Positions 9,198 to 17,147 are shown, counted from the stretch's first letter. The stretch: DNA of 24,000 nt from Actinomycetaceae bacterium (GCA_035647855.1 DASRMP010000001.1:1-24000), one strand, 5' to 3'. Notes: a model not told the origin generated them from the letters alone. A program made the numbers and translations.

Positions 9198-10800
9198 CTT
9201 GGTCCTGGTAGGACTTCCGGGCGCCGGGAAAACCGTGGTCGGGCGGCGCCTCGCCCGTATGACCCAGCGAAGATTCGTCGATCTCGACGAGGTGTTCAAG
9301 GAGCGCACCGGCACCGACCCCGGGGCGTTCATCGAGCAGCGCGGCGAGGACGAGTTCCGCCGCATCGAGGCAGAGATCTCGCGGGAGGCGGCGCAACTCA
9401 CGGACACGGTGATCGCGACGGGCGGCGGTGCGATCGTCGACCCGATTTCGCGGTGGGAGTTGTGGAACGCCGGTCCAGTGGTCTGGCTCGATTCCGACGA
9501 CGAGGTGCTCGCCGCCCGCATCGCCCGCGGCGCGCCGCGCCCACTCACTCCGGACGTCGGCTCGCTGCGGCAGCGCCGCGCGGAGCGCACACCCTTCTAC
9601 GCCGCCGCCGACCTGCGGGTCACGGATCACCCGTCCCCGGGTCAGGCTGCGCGGCAGATCTCGGAGTGGGAGAGCCGCCACCGCGGCGTGGCCTCCGGCA
9701 CCCGGACTCTCGTGGACACGACCGTACGGCGCGATCACCCCATGGGGCCGCGGGACGCCCGCATCATGCTGGGAAACGGGTTCGACTCCGGCACTCTGGC
9801 GGGCCTCGTTGAGACCTATTCGACCGGGACACCCGTCGTCGTCGTCGACGAAAACGTGGCCGAACTCCAGCCCGATCTCGTGCGCGGCTTCCCGGCGGGG
9901 CGGCAACTCATCATCGACGCCGGCGAGCGCAACAAGACGCTGCGCTCGGCGGAGGCGATGCTCGAGTTCGCCTCGGAGCGGCGCGCCGAGCGGCGTGACG
10001 CGTGGGTCGCGATCGGCGGGGGCACCACGGGAGACCTTGTCGGCACTGCCGCGGCCCTGTACATGCGTGGCGCGCCGCTCGTCCAGGTCCCGACCACCTG
10101 GCTCGCCATGGCGGATGCCGCGATCGGCGGGAAGGTGGGGGTGGACCTCGCGGCAGCGAAGAACTCGGCGGGCGCGTTCTGGCCCCCGGTTGCCGTCGTC
10201 GCCGACATGCGCGCGATCGACACACTCCCGTGGGAACGCCGCCTCGACGGCATGGCCGAGTGCCTGAAGTCCGGCGTCATCGGTGATCCGTGGCTCTGGG
10301 ACGTCGTCACGAGGCGCGGGGTCTCCTCCATGGCGACCGGCGAGGACGCGGATCTTGCTGCCCGGTACGCGATCATCGAGCGGAGCGCGTTGCTGAAGCT
10401 CCGGGTGGCGGATCGCGATCCGTTCGAGGCCGGCGAGCGCCGCAGCCTCAACCTCGGCCACACCATTGGGCACGCGCTCGAGATCGAGTCCGGTTACACG
10501 CTCCCGCACGGCCGGGCGGTGGTGCTCGGCCTGCGCGCCGTCGCACACATCGCCCTCGGCCGCGGGGCGCCGCGCGAACTCGCTGCCGAGATCGACGAGG
10601 TCGTCGCCACCCTCGGCTTCGCCACACACCGCAGCTTCGACCCGGCAGCGGTCACCCGCGCGCTCTCGGGCGACAAGAAGTCCGAGGCAGGACGGATCCG
10701 GTGGATCCTCCCCCTCGCCATCGGTGAAGTCATCGAGGCGAACGACGTCACGGAGGACGAGGTGTCCGCCGCCCTGGAGCACATCCAGTTGCGGGACTGA
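9190..10800 (+). CDS. aroK/aroB: Bifunctional shikimate kinase / 3-dehydroquinate synthase (AroK-AroB fusion)
   Basis: The N-terminal ~170 aa carry the shikimate-kinase Walker A 'GLPGAGKT', 'FVDLDE' and 'ATGGGAI'. The C-terminal ~360 aa carry DHQ-synthase motifs 'IGGGTTGDLVGTAAALYMRGAPLVQVPTTWLAMADAAIGGKVGV', 'KNSAGAFWPP' and 'LNLGHTIGHALE...HGRAV'. GTG 9190 is preceded by GGGAGGAAG and overlaps the aroE stop by 8 nt. Confidence 0.9.
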   Translation: MSDLVLVGLPGAGKTVVGRRLARMTQRRFVDLDEVFKERTGTDPGAFIEQRGEDEFRRIEAEISREAAQLTDTVIATGGGAIVDPISRWELWNAGPVVWLDSDDEVLAARIARGAPRPLTPDVGSLRQRRAERTPFYAAADLRVTDHPSPGQAARQISEWESRHRGVASGTRTLVDTTVRRDHPMGPRDARIMLGNGFDSGTLAGLVETYSTGTPVVVVDENVAELQPDLVRGFPAGRQLIIDAGERNKTLRSAEAMLEFASERRAERRDAWVAIGGGTTGDLVGTAAALYMRGAPLVQVPTTWLAMADAAIGGKVGVDLAAAKNSAGAFWPPVAVVADMRAIDTLPWERRLDGMAECLKSGVIGDPWLWDVVTRRGVSSMATGEDADLAARYAIIERSALLKLRVADRDPFEAGERRSLNLGHTIGHALEIESGYTLPHGRAVVLGLRAVAHIALGRGAPRELAAEIDEVVATLGFATHRSFDPAAVTRALSGDKKSEAGRIRWILPLAIGEVIEANDVTEDEVSAALEHIQLRD

Positions 10801-10807
10801 AGGGCTT

Positions 10808-11572
10808 CTACCGTCCGAGACGCCGCTCGCGCTGGCCGTAGTCGCGCAGCGCACGAAAGAAATCCACCCGCCGGAAGTCCGGCCAGTAGGTCTCGCAGAA
10901 GTAGAACTCGGAGTGGACCGACTGCCACAGCAGGAACCCGGATAGCCGCTGCTCACCGGAGGTGCGGATCACGAGATCGGGATCGGGCTGGCCGGCGGTG
11001 TAGAGGTGGTCGGCGATATCGTCGAGGGTGAGCGTCTGTGCCACTTCCTCGAGGGAGAAACCGTCCTTCTCCCGGTCGAGGAGCAGCGCGCGAACCGCGT
11101 CGGTAATCTCGTGGCGGCCCCCGTACCCGACCGCGATGTTCACGTTGAGTCCGTCCTTGACCGCGGCCGCATTTCGCTCGGCGGCGGCACGGAGACGGTC
11201 CGCGTAATCGCCGGGCAGGAGGTCGAGGTCTCCCACGAGGCAGATTCTCCACCGCCCGTCATCCGCTAGAGCCTCAACCGTGGCGGCAATGATGTCAAGC
11301 AGGTCCGCGACTTCCTCGGGATCGCGCCCGAGGTTGTCGGTCGAGAGCATCCACAGGGTCACTCTCTCGATCCGCGCATCGGCCGACCACGTAAGGAACT
11401 CCGTGATCTTGTCCGCACCTTTGCGGTGGCCCTGGGCGGGCGACGCCCCCACGGACTTTGCCCAGCGGCGGTTGCCGTCGAGCATGACGGCGATGTGGGC
11501 GGGCAGCCTGGTCTTTTCGAGACCTCGCGCGAGCCTGCGTTCGTAGAGGTCGTACAGCAGATTCGCACCCAC
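10808..11572 (-). CDS. uppS: Z-isoprenyl diphosphate synthase, Rv1086-like (short-chain Z-farnesyl-PP synthase type of UppS family)
   Basis: 'LPAHIAVMLDGNRRWA', 'NVNIAVGYGGRHEI' and 'DPDLVIRTSGEQRLSGFLLWQS' are present, with a C-terminal 'FFRALRDYGQRERRLGR'. As I recall it, the protein is colinear with M. tuberculosis Rv1086 rather than the long-chain paralogue. Confidence 0.9.
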   Translation of the reverse strand: MGANLLYDLYERRLARGLEKTRLPAHIAVMLDGNRRWAKSVGASPAQGHRKGADKITEFLTWSADARIERVTLWMLSTDNLGRDPEEVADLLDIIAATVEALADDGRWRICLVGDLDLLPGDYADRLRAAAERNAAAVKDGLNVNIAVGYGGRHEITDAVRALLLDREKDGFSLEEVAQTLTLDDIADHLYTAGQPDPDLVIRTSGEQRLSGFLLWQSVHSEFYFCETYWPDFRRVDFFRALRDYGQRERRLGR

Positions 11573-11776
11573 AACCGCTCGCTCTCGTTCCGTCCGCCAT
11601 CCAAGTGAAACGGTACCAACGGGCGGATGACCTGCGGGAGCACCTCGCCGCCCGGTAACCGATACGTGGCGAATTTCAGTTCACACCGCAACGGTATTGC
11701 GCCATCGCACAGCCTCCGTTACCGTAACTTACGGAACCGTAGGTTCGGCCTGCGCCCACTACCTGGAAGGCCCACG

Positions 11777-12580
11777 ATGACCCACTCGAACGCAGCGGAC
11801 TCGCACCCGCACCATCCGCGGGCGGGGCAGGATGACCGCCTCAAGGACACACTGGCCCGGACGGCCGGCGAGCTCGGCCAGGCCGCCGCGGACCAGGTGC
11901 GAAACGCCGCCGATCAGGTCGGCCGCACCGCCACCCGTGCCGTTCAGGCTGTCAAGCCGCGCCTGCGCGGCTGGATCCACACCGTCACCGCCCCGCTCAG
12001 CCTGATCGCCGGCATCGTACTGGTGGCCCTGACACCGGCGGAGGTCAGATGGGCTTCGGTGGTTTTCGCCATCTCGGGATTCGTGCTCTTCACGATGTCT
12101 GCCGTCTATCACCGCGGCACGTGGTCGCCCCGCGTGACCACCGCGCTCCGCAAACTCGACCACTCCAACGTGTTCCTGCTGATCGCAGGGACATATACGC
12201 CGCTCTCGGTGGTCCTGCTCGAGGATCCACACCGGACTGTGGTACTCGCGATCGCGTGGGGCGGCGCGCTCGCGGGAATCCTGCTGAAGTTCGTGTGGAT
12301 CGGCGCACCGCGGTGGCTGTACGTTCCCATCTACATCGCGCTGGGATGGATGGCGGTCTGGTTCCTCCCGGAGTTCTGGAAGGCGGGCGGCGCTGCTCTC
12401 GTCTGGCTGGTTATCGCCGGCGGCATCGCATACACGCTGGGCGCAATCGCCTACGCATTCAAACGCCCGAATCCCTTCCCGGAGTGGTTCGGCTTCCACG
12501 AGATCTTCCATGTCGGCACTGTGCTCGGCTGGGGTTCGCACTACGCCGCGGTGCTCATCGCAGTTCTCACGCTCGCCTGA
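11777..12580 (+). CDS. Hemolysin III / PAQR family membrane protein
   Basis: It has 7 predicted TM segments, with 'SAVYHRG', 'KLDHSNVFLLIAGTYTP' and 'FHEIFHVGTVLG', the metal-site His motifs of the HlyIII/PAQR family. Start taken at ATG 11777 (ORF track start 11627 is less likely). Confidence 0.85.
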   Translation: MTHSNAADSHPHHPRAGQDDRLKDTLARTAGELGQAAADQVRNAADQVGRTATRAVQAVKPRLRGWIHTVTAPLSLIAGIVLVALTPAEVRWASVVFAISGFVLFTMSAVYHRGTWSPRVTTALRKLDHSNVFLLIAGTYTPLSVVLLEDPHRTVVLAIAWGGALAGILLKFVWIGAPRWLYVPIYIALGWMAVWFLPEFWKAGGAALVWLVIAGGIAYTLGAIAYAFKRPNPFPEWFGFHEIFHVGTVLGWGSHYAAVLIAVLTLA

Positions 12581-12592
12581 CAGGCGGCGCTC

Positions 12593-12898
12593 TCACCCGG
12601 CGGTGCCATCACCTTTGCGGACCGAATCCGCGGAGTCCGGCTCGGCAGCATCGGCTGCCCGCAGCGCCCCGGGAGTAGGCCCGTACAACTCCTCCTCGCG
12701 CTCGGAGGCGCGGTGGTTCGCTTTCCGGATGTGACGCGTCATGGACATGACCAGCAGCCACAGCGCAATGCCCAGGACGGCGATCAGGATGAAGCCCTCG
12801 ATCCCCGGCGAGACAACCCAGGGGTCGTCCAGATCCACGGCCGGGCCGGGCGTCGGCGTCGCCGCCATGATCGGACCAAGGAACCACATGGGAATCAT
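12593..12898 (-). CDS. Small hypothetical membrane protein
   Basis: It has one strong TM segment, 'GFILIAVLGIALWLLVMSM', followed by 'TRHIRK'. It sits 51 nt downstream of mca on the same strand. GGTAAGGA precedes the ATGs at 12898 and 12889, so the second ATG may be the true start. No family recognised. Confidence 0.5.
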   Translation of the reverse strand: MIPMWFLGPIMAATPTPGPAVDLDDPWVVSPGIEGFILIAVLGIALWLLVMSMTRHIRKANHRASEREEELYGPTPGALRAADAAEPDSADSVRKGDGTAG

Positions 12899-12949
12899 CC
12901 TTACCTATTGATCCGGCACGTGCGTGCCGGAGCCGGGAGGCCGGCGGGG

Positions 12950-13798
12950 TCAATCGTCCTCGATGCCCTCGAAGAGTGACTCCTCGAGTTCGCGGGTCGG
13001 CACGGCCGCGCGCGCCAACTCGAACTCCTCCCACGGCCACAGCTCCCGCTCGAGATCGCGCGGCATCAGGAAGAAGAACCCATCCGGATCGATCTGGGTC
13101 GCGTGCGCCCGCAGCGCGTCGTCACGCTGCGGGAACCAATCGGCCACGTCGATCCGCGCGGTCACGGGGCGCTCATGCCACTCGCCGTCGAGCCGATCTC
13201 CGAACGGAGACTCGATCCCACGCTCCACCAGCGCCTGGTGGAAAGCGAGCAGTCGCCTCCGCGAGAAGGAGACGTCGTAGTAGACCTTGGAGACCTCCCA
13301 CGGCTCGCCGAGGCCGGGGCGGTAACCCGGGTCCGCCGCCGCATCGAGGGCCGCCATCGTGACGCGGTGGGTCATGATGTGGTCGGGGTGCGGGTAGCCG
13401 CCCTCCTCGTTGTACGTCACGACGACGTGGGGCCGGTAGCTCCGCAGCTCCGCCACAAGCACGGGAACAGTGACGCCGAGAGGCAAGGCCGCGAAGCTCC
13501 CATCGGGCACGGGCGGCGGCGGATCGCCCTCGGGGAGCCCTGAGTCGATGAAGCCGAGCCACGTGTGTTCCGCGCCGATCGCGGCGATCGCCCGGTCCAT
13601 CTCCTGCCTGCGGACCTCCGGCATCCGGGAGGTGAGGGAAGAGTCACCCACGAGTCTCGGATTGAGGATGCTGCCGCGCTCGCCTCCGGTGCAGGTGACG
13701 ATGCGAACTCGGTGACCCTCCGCCACGTACTTCGCTACTGTCGCGGCACCCTTCGATGCCTCGTCGTCCGGATGCGCGTGGACCGACATCAGCCGCAT
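12950..13798 (-). CDS. mca: Mycothiol S-conjugate amidase-like PIG-L/LmbE family deacetylase
   Basis: 'MRLMSVHAHPDDEASKGAATVAKYVAEGHRVRIVTCTGGERGSILNP' closely resembles the N-terminus of M. tuberculosis Mca (Rv1082) as I recall it, and 'GGYPHPDH' is the zinc site. Start at ATG 13798. The 438-aa ORF extension is antisense to the next gene. Confidence 0.85.
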   Translation of the reverse strand: MRLMSVHAHPDDEASKGAATVAKYVAEGHRVRIVTCTGGERGSILNPRLVGDSSLTSRMPEVRRQEMDRAIAAIGAEHTWLGFIDSGLPEGDPPPPVPDGSFAALPLGVTVPVLVAELRSYRPHVVVTYNEEGGYPHPDHIMTHRVTMAALDAAADPGYRPGLGEPWEVSKVYYDVSFSRRRLLAFHQALVERGIESPFGDRLDGEWHERPVTARIDVADWFPQRDDALRAHATQIDPDGFFFLMPRDLERELWPWEEFELARAAVPTRELEESLFEGIEDD

Positions 13799-13909
13799 GG
13801 GTCTCCATTCTGAAGAATTGGGGGCCACCACATTATGGTGCCCACCCGCACGCCGGGCCAGCCGGCACCTCGCTCCGCCCGCGGCGAGGAGACCTGTCAG
13901 AATGGGCCC

Positions 13910-14311
13910 ATGCCCGACCTCACCGACGCCGAATACCTGCGGGCACGCTACGGCGCGAAGACCATGGATCGGCGAACCATCTGGATCGTGGCGAGCGTTC
14001 TCGCCGTCGTCGCCGCGATTTGGATCATCTGGCAGGTGACGGCGCTCGGACGCCCGACTGCCTCCGCGGAACCGGTTGCGCTGAATATCGTCTCCGACTC
14101 CCAGATCGAGGTGACCTACAACCTCACCGCCCCAATCGGATCCACCGTGACCTGCACCGTCACCGCGTACTCCGACTCCTTCACCGAGGTCGGCGTCCGT
14201 CAGGTGACCGTGGGACCGACAGACCGGGAAACGACGGCAGTCACTACCTCCCTGGCGACAATCCAACTCGCGTCCGGGGCGGATGTGAATGGCTGTTTCT
14301 TCGCTGAATAG
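13910..14311 (+). CDS. DUF4307-like single-pass membrane protein (Rv1081c position)
   Basis: 'LRARYGAKTMDRRTIWIVASVLAVVAAIWIIW' gives a basic stretch plus a TM, followed by a beta-rich domain. It occupies the conserved position directly upstream of greA. Start at ATG 13910 (ATG 13835 is an alternative). Confidence 0.65.
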   Translation: MPDLTDAEYLRARYGAKTMDRRTIWIVASVLAVVAAIWIIWQVTALGRPTASAEPVALNIVSDSQIEVTYNLTAPIGSTVTCTVTAYSDSFTEVGVRQVTVGPTDRETTAVTTSLATIQLASGADVNGCFFAE

Positions 14312-14318
14312 AGGCGCT

Positions 14319-14327
14319 TGCTATAAT
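14319..14327 (+). promoter_or_regulatory. Extended -10 promoter (TGcTATAAT) for greA
   Basis: A perfect TATAAT at 14322-14327 with TG at 14319-14320, in otherwise G+C-rich DNA. It lies just after the upstream stop codon and 62 nt before the greA GTG. The -35 is weak. Confidence 0.45.
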
Positions 14328-14338
14328 CGTGGCTTCCT

Positions 14339-14372
14339 GGGTTCGAACTCGTCGGACCCGGTTATTCGTATT
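14339..14372 (+). promoter_or_regulatory. greA leader hairpin followed by a U-rich tract (possible attenuator or leader terminator)
   Basis: GGGTTCGA-actcg-TCGGACCC forms an 8-bp stem with one G.U pair at 14339-14359. It is followed by GGTTATTCGTATT and then the SD GGGGGAAGGAG at 14373-14383. Confidence 0.3.
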
Positions 14373-14388
14373 GGGGGAAGGAGTTGAC

Positions 14389-14871
14389 GTGGCAGAGACG
14401 TGGTTGACGCAGGACGCATACGACCGGCTCAAAGCAGAGCTGGATAGCCTCACGACCGTGGGGCGCACCGAGCTGGCCAAGAGAATCGACGCCGCGCGCG
14501 ACGAGGGAGATCTGAAGGAGAACAGCGGCTACCACGCGGCGCGTGAGGAGCAGGGCAAGCAGGAGGGCCGGATCCTCCAGCTGACGGAGTTGCTGCGCTC
14601 GGCCAAGATCGGCGAACCGCCGCCGGACGATGGAATCGTCGAGCCGGGCATGGTGGTCAAGGCGAACTTCGGCGGGAAGAAGCGCACATTCCTCGTCGGC
14701 TCGCGCGAGGGCGCATTCGGCCTCGACATCGATGTGTACTCGGAGAGTTCCCCGCTCGGCCAGTCGATCATCGGCCACAAGGCGGGCGAAACCACCACTT
14801 TCACCGCCCCCAACGGCAAGACCTTCGATGTCGAGATCCTCGAGGTCACGCCTTTCGACGCCTCGCTCTGA
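14389..14871 (+). CDS. greA: Transcription elongation factor GreA
   Basis: 'WLTQDAYDRLKAELDSL' and 'RDEGDLKENSGYHAAREEQGKQEGRILQLTELL' match GreA. GTG 14389 lies 5 nt after the SD GGGGGAAGGAG. The ORF-track start 14329 would lie inside the promoter. Confidence 0.9.
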   Translation: MAETWLTQDAYDRLKAELDSLTTVGRTELAKRIDAARDEGDLKENSGYHAAREEQGKQEGRILQLTELLRSAKIGEPPPDDGIVEPGMVVKANFGGKKRTFLVGSREGAFGLDIDVYSESSPLGQSIIGHKAGETTTFTAPNGKTFDVEILEVTPFDASL

Positions 14872-14881
14872 CACGCTGAGG

Positions 14882-14932
14882 CGCTTGCGGCGGACGTCAC
14901 GACGACGTCGTGCGTGGCTTCCGCCGCAAGCG
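14882..14932. terminator. Bidirectional terminator hairpin between convergent greA and the AI-2E transporter gene
   Basis: A 13-bp perfect inverted repeat, CGCTTGCGGCGGA (14882-14894) / TCCGCCGCAAGCG (14920-14932), encloses a second hairpin, CACGAC-gac-GTCGTG (14898-14912). The right half lies in the last codons of the minus-strand gene. Confidence 0.5.
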
Positions 14933-16453
14933 GTCCCAGAGCCGTCGGCCGCCTGATCCGGCTGACTCGGAATGGCCTGGCGTCGCCGCGTGAGGCGATT
15001 CCGGCTGCTCGGGGACGGCGCCTTCGTCTCCGGTATCCATTCGCGACTCAAGGGCGTCGAGTTCGGCAGCCTCGTCCTCGTCGATCACGTTCGCGATATC
15101 GCGGGCGATCTGCAACTCGTCCTTGGATGCGTGCACGAAGTCCTCGTCGCGGGAGCCGTCGGTCGACTCGGCGGCGGGGTAACCGTAGGAGGCGCGGATC
15201 TGATCGCCGAGCGTTCCCGGTGGTCCGCCAGGCCGGTCGGCATCCGTGGCGAGGCGGGGGTACTTGTCATGACCTGAGAGATACAACAAGAACGTATTCA
15301 CGACCGCCATGAGGGGCACAGCGAACACGGCTCCGGCGATTCCCGCGATGTAAGTGCCTGCCGCAACACCCAGGAGTACAGCGACGGGGTGCAGCGAGAC
15401 GGTCGAGCCCATGATGAACGGCTGCAGCAGGTTGGACTCGATCTGCTGCACGGCGAGTACGACGATCAGGAGGATCACCGCAGTGGCGAAGCCCCGGTCG
15501 ACCAACGCGACCAGGCACGCAATGGCCCCGGAAAGGAACGCTCCCACCATCGGAATGAACGAGAACAGGAACACGAGCACGCCGATCGGCAACCAGAGCT
15601 GCACCCCCAGGAAGAAGGCGCCGCCCGCGATACCGACGGCGTCGACAAGGGCGACGAGAACCTGTGCCCTCACGTAGCCGCTGAGAGTGAAGTAGCTTCG
15701 GATCGACGCCTCGTGGGTCGGAACCCGCCACGTGGTCGGCAGCAGGCGGATGAACCACACCCAGATCTTGCGTCCGTCCATGAGGAAGAACACCCCCATG
15801 AAGATGACCAGGAAGATCCCTGCGCCGATGTTCACGAGCGACGACGTCGCCGAGACGGCGCCGGAAGCCAAAGTGCCGAGGTTCTCCTGGACCACACTCT
15901 GAAGCTCGTTCCACCAGGCTTCGAGCTGATCCTGCTGAATGTTGAACGGACCGTCGGCCGCCCAATCGAGCAGGGCCTCGAATCCGGCAATCGCCTGGTC
16001 ACGAAGGCGGACAAACCCCATTCCGATCTGACGGCCGGCGAAAACCATCAGGGCCAGCACCGCCGCGATGAACACCACGACCGTGGTGACCGCCGCCAGT
16101 GCCCGCGGGAAACGGAGCTTCTTCCTCAGGAAACCCGAAGCGGGCTCGAGCGCGACGGTCAGGATGACCGCGATGAGTGCCGGAATCACGATCATCTGCA
16201 ACTGGACGAGGAGGGCTCCGATCACGATGGCGACCGCCGCGATGAGCAGCGCCCTCCATGACCAGGCCGCCATCACGCGGATATTCCAGGGCACCTCGAT
16301 CTCGGGGGCATTCTTGGACCGGGCGATGAGGTGGATCTCATCCTCGCCGTGCGGCCTGGCGGCAGGCGTGTCCGCCTCGCGTGCGCGTAGGCTCTCGACG
16401 CGATCGCGCAACCGGATACGTTCGCCGTCCTCGTGGGGCTTGTTCTGCGTCAT
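14897..16453 (-). CDS. AI-2E family transporter (PerM/UPF0118) with long hydrophilic tails
   Basis: The multi-TM core has 'FIPMVGAFLSGAIACLVAL' and 'VLAVQQIESNLLQPFIMGSTVSLHPVAVLLGV...AGAVFAVPLMAV', typical of AI-2E/PerM permeases. An N-terminal tail of ~55 aa and a C-terminal acidic tail of ~140 aa flank it. Confidence 0.85.
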   Translation of the reverse strand: MTQNKPHEDGERIRLRDRVESLRAREADTPAARPHGEDEIHLIARSKNAPEIEVPWNIRVMAAWSWRALLIAAVAIVIGALLVQLQMIVIPALIAVILTVALEPASGFLRKKLRFPRALAAVTTVVVFIAAVLALMVFAGRQIGMGFVRLRDQAIAGFEALLDWAADGPFNIQQDQLEAWWNELQSVVQENLGTLASGAVSATSSLVNIGAGIFLVIFMGVFFLMDGRKIWVWFIRLLPTTWRVPTHEASIRSYFTLSGYVRAQVLVALVDAVGIAGGAFFLGVQLWLPIGVLVFLFSFIPMVGAFLSGAIACLVALVDRGFATAVILLIVVLAVQQIESNLLQPFIMGSTVSLHPVAVLLGVAAGTYIAGIAGAVFAVPLMAVVNTFLLYLSGHDKYPRLATDADRPGGPPGTLGDQIRASYGYPAAESTDGSRDEDFVHASKDELQIARDIANVIDEDEAAELDALESRMDTGDEGAVPEQPESPHAATPGHSESAGSGGRRLWDRLRRKPRTTSS

Positions 16454-16550
16454 GGGTTCCTGGTTCTCATAGTTCTGCCTTCATGGCAGTGTGGATTCCG
16501 TCAGCCTAATTACAGAGTGACCCTCGCGGAAACTATCTCAAGGAGCAAGT

Positions 16551-17147
16551 ATGCCGCCGATTCAGCCGATGAGACCGGACCACTCCCCCGCCAACGTGCA
16601 CGAGGATGGTCAGCCGGGCGATACGGATGTCATCTACCTCGCGGCGGGCTGCTTCTGGGGCGTCGAAGAGATCATGTGGGAGCGCCCCGACGTGCTGACC
16701 ACCGCCGTGGGTTACATGGGCGGCACCACTCCCCGGCCCTCGTACGAGCAGGTGTGTACCGGTGCCACCGGTCACGCCGAGACCGTTCGGGTCGAGTACG
16801 ACCCTGAAACCGCCGACGTCGCGGACATACTCCAGGAGTTCTGGGAGTCACACGATCCGACCACCCGCGACCGGCAGGGCAACGACATCGGCAGCCAGTA
16901 CCGCTCGGCCGTCTTCGTCACGAACGACACGCAACTCAACGAAGCGCTCGCAACGCGCAAGATCTACCAGGACGCACTGGATGACGCCGGGATCGGCCAG
17001 ATCGTCACCGAGATCATGCCCGCCGACCAGGCCGGGCCGTTCTACTACGCGGAGGAGTACCACCAGCAGTACCTGCGTAAGAATCCGCACGGCTACCGCT
17101 GCCATGCCAGGACCGGAGTCCCTTTCCCTGACCTGAACGAGAGGTAA
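16551..17147 (+). CDS. msrA: Peptide-methionine (S)-S-oxide reductase
   Basis: The active site 'GCFWGVEE' is present, with 'GHAETVRVEYDP' and 'DPTTRDRQGNDIGSQYRS'. AAGGAG lies 6 nt before the ATG. Confidence 0.95.
   Translation: MPPIQPMRPDHSPANVHEDGQPGDTDVIYLAAGCFWGVEEIMWERPDVLTTAVGYMGGTTPRPSYEQVCTGATGHAETVRVEYDPETADVADILQEFWESHDPTTRDRQGNDIGSQYRSAVFVTNDTQLNEALATRKIYQDALDDAGIGQIVTEIMPADQAGPFYYAEEYHQQYLRKNPHGYRCHARTGVPFPDLNER

Noticed and set aside
8887-10956. The longest ORF in the track, 689 aa on the minus strand and antisense to aroE/aroK::aroB.
   Set aside because: - The product is Arg/Pro/Gly/Ala/Asp-rich low-complexity sequence with no recognisable motif.
- The opposite strand encodes three proteins with unmistakable shikimate-pathway motifs.
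- Long antisense ORFs are an expected artefact of stop-codon scarcity in high-G+C DNA.
- It would also run through the convergent prenyl-synthase gene in the wrong frame.
12950-14266. A 438-aa extended version of the mca ORF.
   Set aside because: The conserved Mca N-terminus 'MRLMSVHAHPDDE' begins at ATG 13798. The upstream 156 codons are Gly/Asp/Arg-rich and antisense to the DUF4307 gene.
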